NCBI RefSeq assembly: GCF_018350175.1
Contig: NC_058368.1
Coordinates: forward strand, 152,832,001-152,896,000
DNA length: 64,000 nucleotides
From: Felis catus
Lineage: Eukaryota
Reading direction: 5' to 3'
The notes below the pieces were generated by a model. It saw only the letters and a list, made by a program, of their open reading frames with translations, did no database searches and was not told the origin of the DNA. Each line of letters starts with the position of its first letter. Within the stretch, counting starts at the first letter, position 1. Of the stretch, positions 62,101 to 64,000 are shown in pieces. Made by a program: the position numbers and the translations under genes.

Positions 62101-63110
62101 CATTGTATTCAGTTTGATTGTTTCAATAGTCAGTGAGCTGTTTGCTTTTCTTCATTGTAATTTTTATTTGTTAAATTTTTACTTTGTTTTGTTGCCAGAT
62201 AAATTTACTTTGTATCTTTTATCATCTTTTCTTTGTGGATTTTTCTCCATTCTTCCTTACTATCTTTGAGATGGATATTCTTATAAACTTAGATCTTGAG
62301 TTCAGCTATCAGTTTGGCTCTGTGTAAATTACAAAACTTTAAAACTCCACTGGTAGCAGCAACAGACAGATCATCTCAGTGTTGTCAAAAATTCATTAAT
62401 AAAGGTATGTGCAAGTTACAAAGAGAGTGATGTTTATTGACAGGTGGGGCACAGTGTATAAATCACAGAGAAAGTGATGACTAATCTGGATTTTGAAGAA
62501 TTTATAGAGACTTCTCAGGTATATAAGAATAATGGAGTAACAAATCAATGGCTTTATACCCGTGCTTAATCTAACAATAAAGATGTGGTCCCTGTCATTC
62601 TGGCAAAGAAAACCAGAATAAATCATGAAAGCTATTTTCCTCTTACTCTCCTTGTCCCTCAAACAACAAATAACCTGGTTTTTTAAGGTAGGAAGCCTCA
62701 TACTTCCAGATAAAGGCAAGAATGCCAGGAGCTGCTGACTACTCTTGATTAGAAAAGGATATTTTTATTTGATGTTTGAGAAACTTAGTGATAGGCAGTG
62801 ATGTCTGTTCATTGAAAGCCAGGTAATCCAGAATAATCTTGCTTTTTTATTGGCGAATATTCTTGTACTTATTTTTATTTCCCGGGTAGATCCAAAAGTG
62901 AGATTAATTTTAATATTCGTGATGTTCATTATTATAGTTAAGAATAAGTGATCCATGCAACCATCTAGCTATTAAATAAAAAAATATGTTTTGCTGATCA
63001 TGGCTTTTCTTAAGAAATGATTATGCTTTTTAAAGTGCAAGTAAATTTGAAATATTTTTATACCAGTTTTTCTTAAATTCTTCATAGATTCTTCCTTATT
63101 TTGCTACTTT

Positions 63111-63315
63111 TAAAAAAAATTTAATGTTTATTTTTGAGAGAGAGAGGGGGGAGGGGGGGAGGGGCAGAGAGAGAAGGAGACACAGTATCCGAAGCAGCCT
63201 CCAGGTTCTCAGCTGTCAGCACAGAGCCTGATGTGGGGCTCGCACTCACGAACCTCCAGGTGGTGACCTGAGCCGTAAGTTGGACCCTTAACCAACTGAG
63301 CCACCCAGGCGCCTC
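63111..63315 (-). mobile_element. CanSINE
   Basis: TSD TGCTA.TTT; ends about 105 nt before the window exon 27 acceptor. Confidence 0.92.
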
Positions 63316-63419
63316 TGCTAGTTTAAAGAAGTGTTAAAGAACATGTACTGTACCATACATATCATTTAAGCAGGTTATTTTTGAAGATATTTTTTTCATA
63401 CTGGGATTTTTTTTTCTAG

Positions 63420-63604
63420 ATAACTGTTGAAGGAAAAAGCCAGGCATTCAGTATTGAAAATCGAAATCTTTTTTATGAAATACTCTGTGCTCTTATTAAC
63501 CCAAAGCGCAAAGACACTAGGGGATTCAGTCACTTCATTGAAGTGACTGAGAATTTTGCCTTTTCTTTGCTGACTGATGTTACCTGTGGCTCTCCTGGTG
63601 AAAA
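63420..63604 (+). CDS. ADGRV1: ADGRV1 exon (window exon 27, ~79), 185 nt, phase 0-2; absent from ORF track
   Basis: tttctag|ATA ACT GTT...GAA AA|gtaagt; ITVEGKSQAFSIENRNLFYEILCALINPKRKDTRGFSHFIEVTENFAFSLLTDVTCGSPGE. Confidence 0.95.
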
Positions 63605-64000
63605 GTAAGTATTTTTAAATCATACTTGATATGTATTCCTTCGTAGTTTACAAAGTAATATGCAATGCAAATTCACATTTAAATGTTGTAACTAAGGATT
63701 ATACAGTCAATGCATTGTATCTAATGGGCAAATGAAGTAATTATTTGAAGAAAACATAGTAACTACATCAAGAAAAATGAATGTATCCTGTCAGCAATAT
63801 GTTCCTCTTGTTTTGAAGGGTCTTTTAAGAATTAAAAAAATGGCTTATTGCTTACTCTTATGATATAATAGAAGATACATTCTGAACAGAGGAAAAAAAA
63901 GGAAGGTGATTCCAACTTTTAGACATGTTTTGATGTACTGTTGTGGTGAAGTTATGGTCCAGTTTTATGTATTTGGAAGCAGCTCTCCCAGTGTTATTCA

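Overview
AT-rich mammalian genomic DNA, very likely from a cat/felid (feline-type tRNA-derived CanSINEs and a feline-like L1 3' UTR). The whole window lies inside one + strand gene, ADGRV1 (GPR98/VLGR1/USH2C). I traced 27 consecutive GT-AG coding exons from 859 to 63604. Splice phases match at every junction, the total is 6236 nt (about 2078 codons), and I found no in-frame stop. They encode tandem Calx-beta ectodomain repeats running toward the GAIN region. From my recall of the human gene these are about exons 53-79; that numbering needs checking by alignment. The introns hold about 33 CanSINEs, a 5'-truncated L1 inserted in a MIR, older L1/L2/MIR/MLT/Tigger/MER58 relics and a full-length antisense RPS11 processed pseudogene. 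I see no convincing wholly new biological system. The best leads are (1) an in-frame intronic ATG with a hydrophobic leader where the human short isoform VLGR1a starts, (2) two young inverted SINEs tightly bracketing a frame-shifting 136-nt exon, (3) a consensus CTCF motif beside a splice donor, and (4) repeated reuse of retrotransposon target sites.
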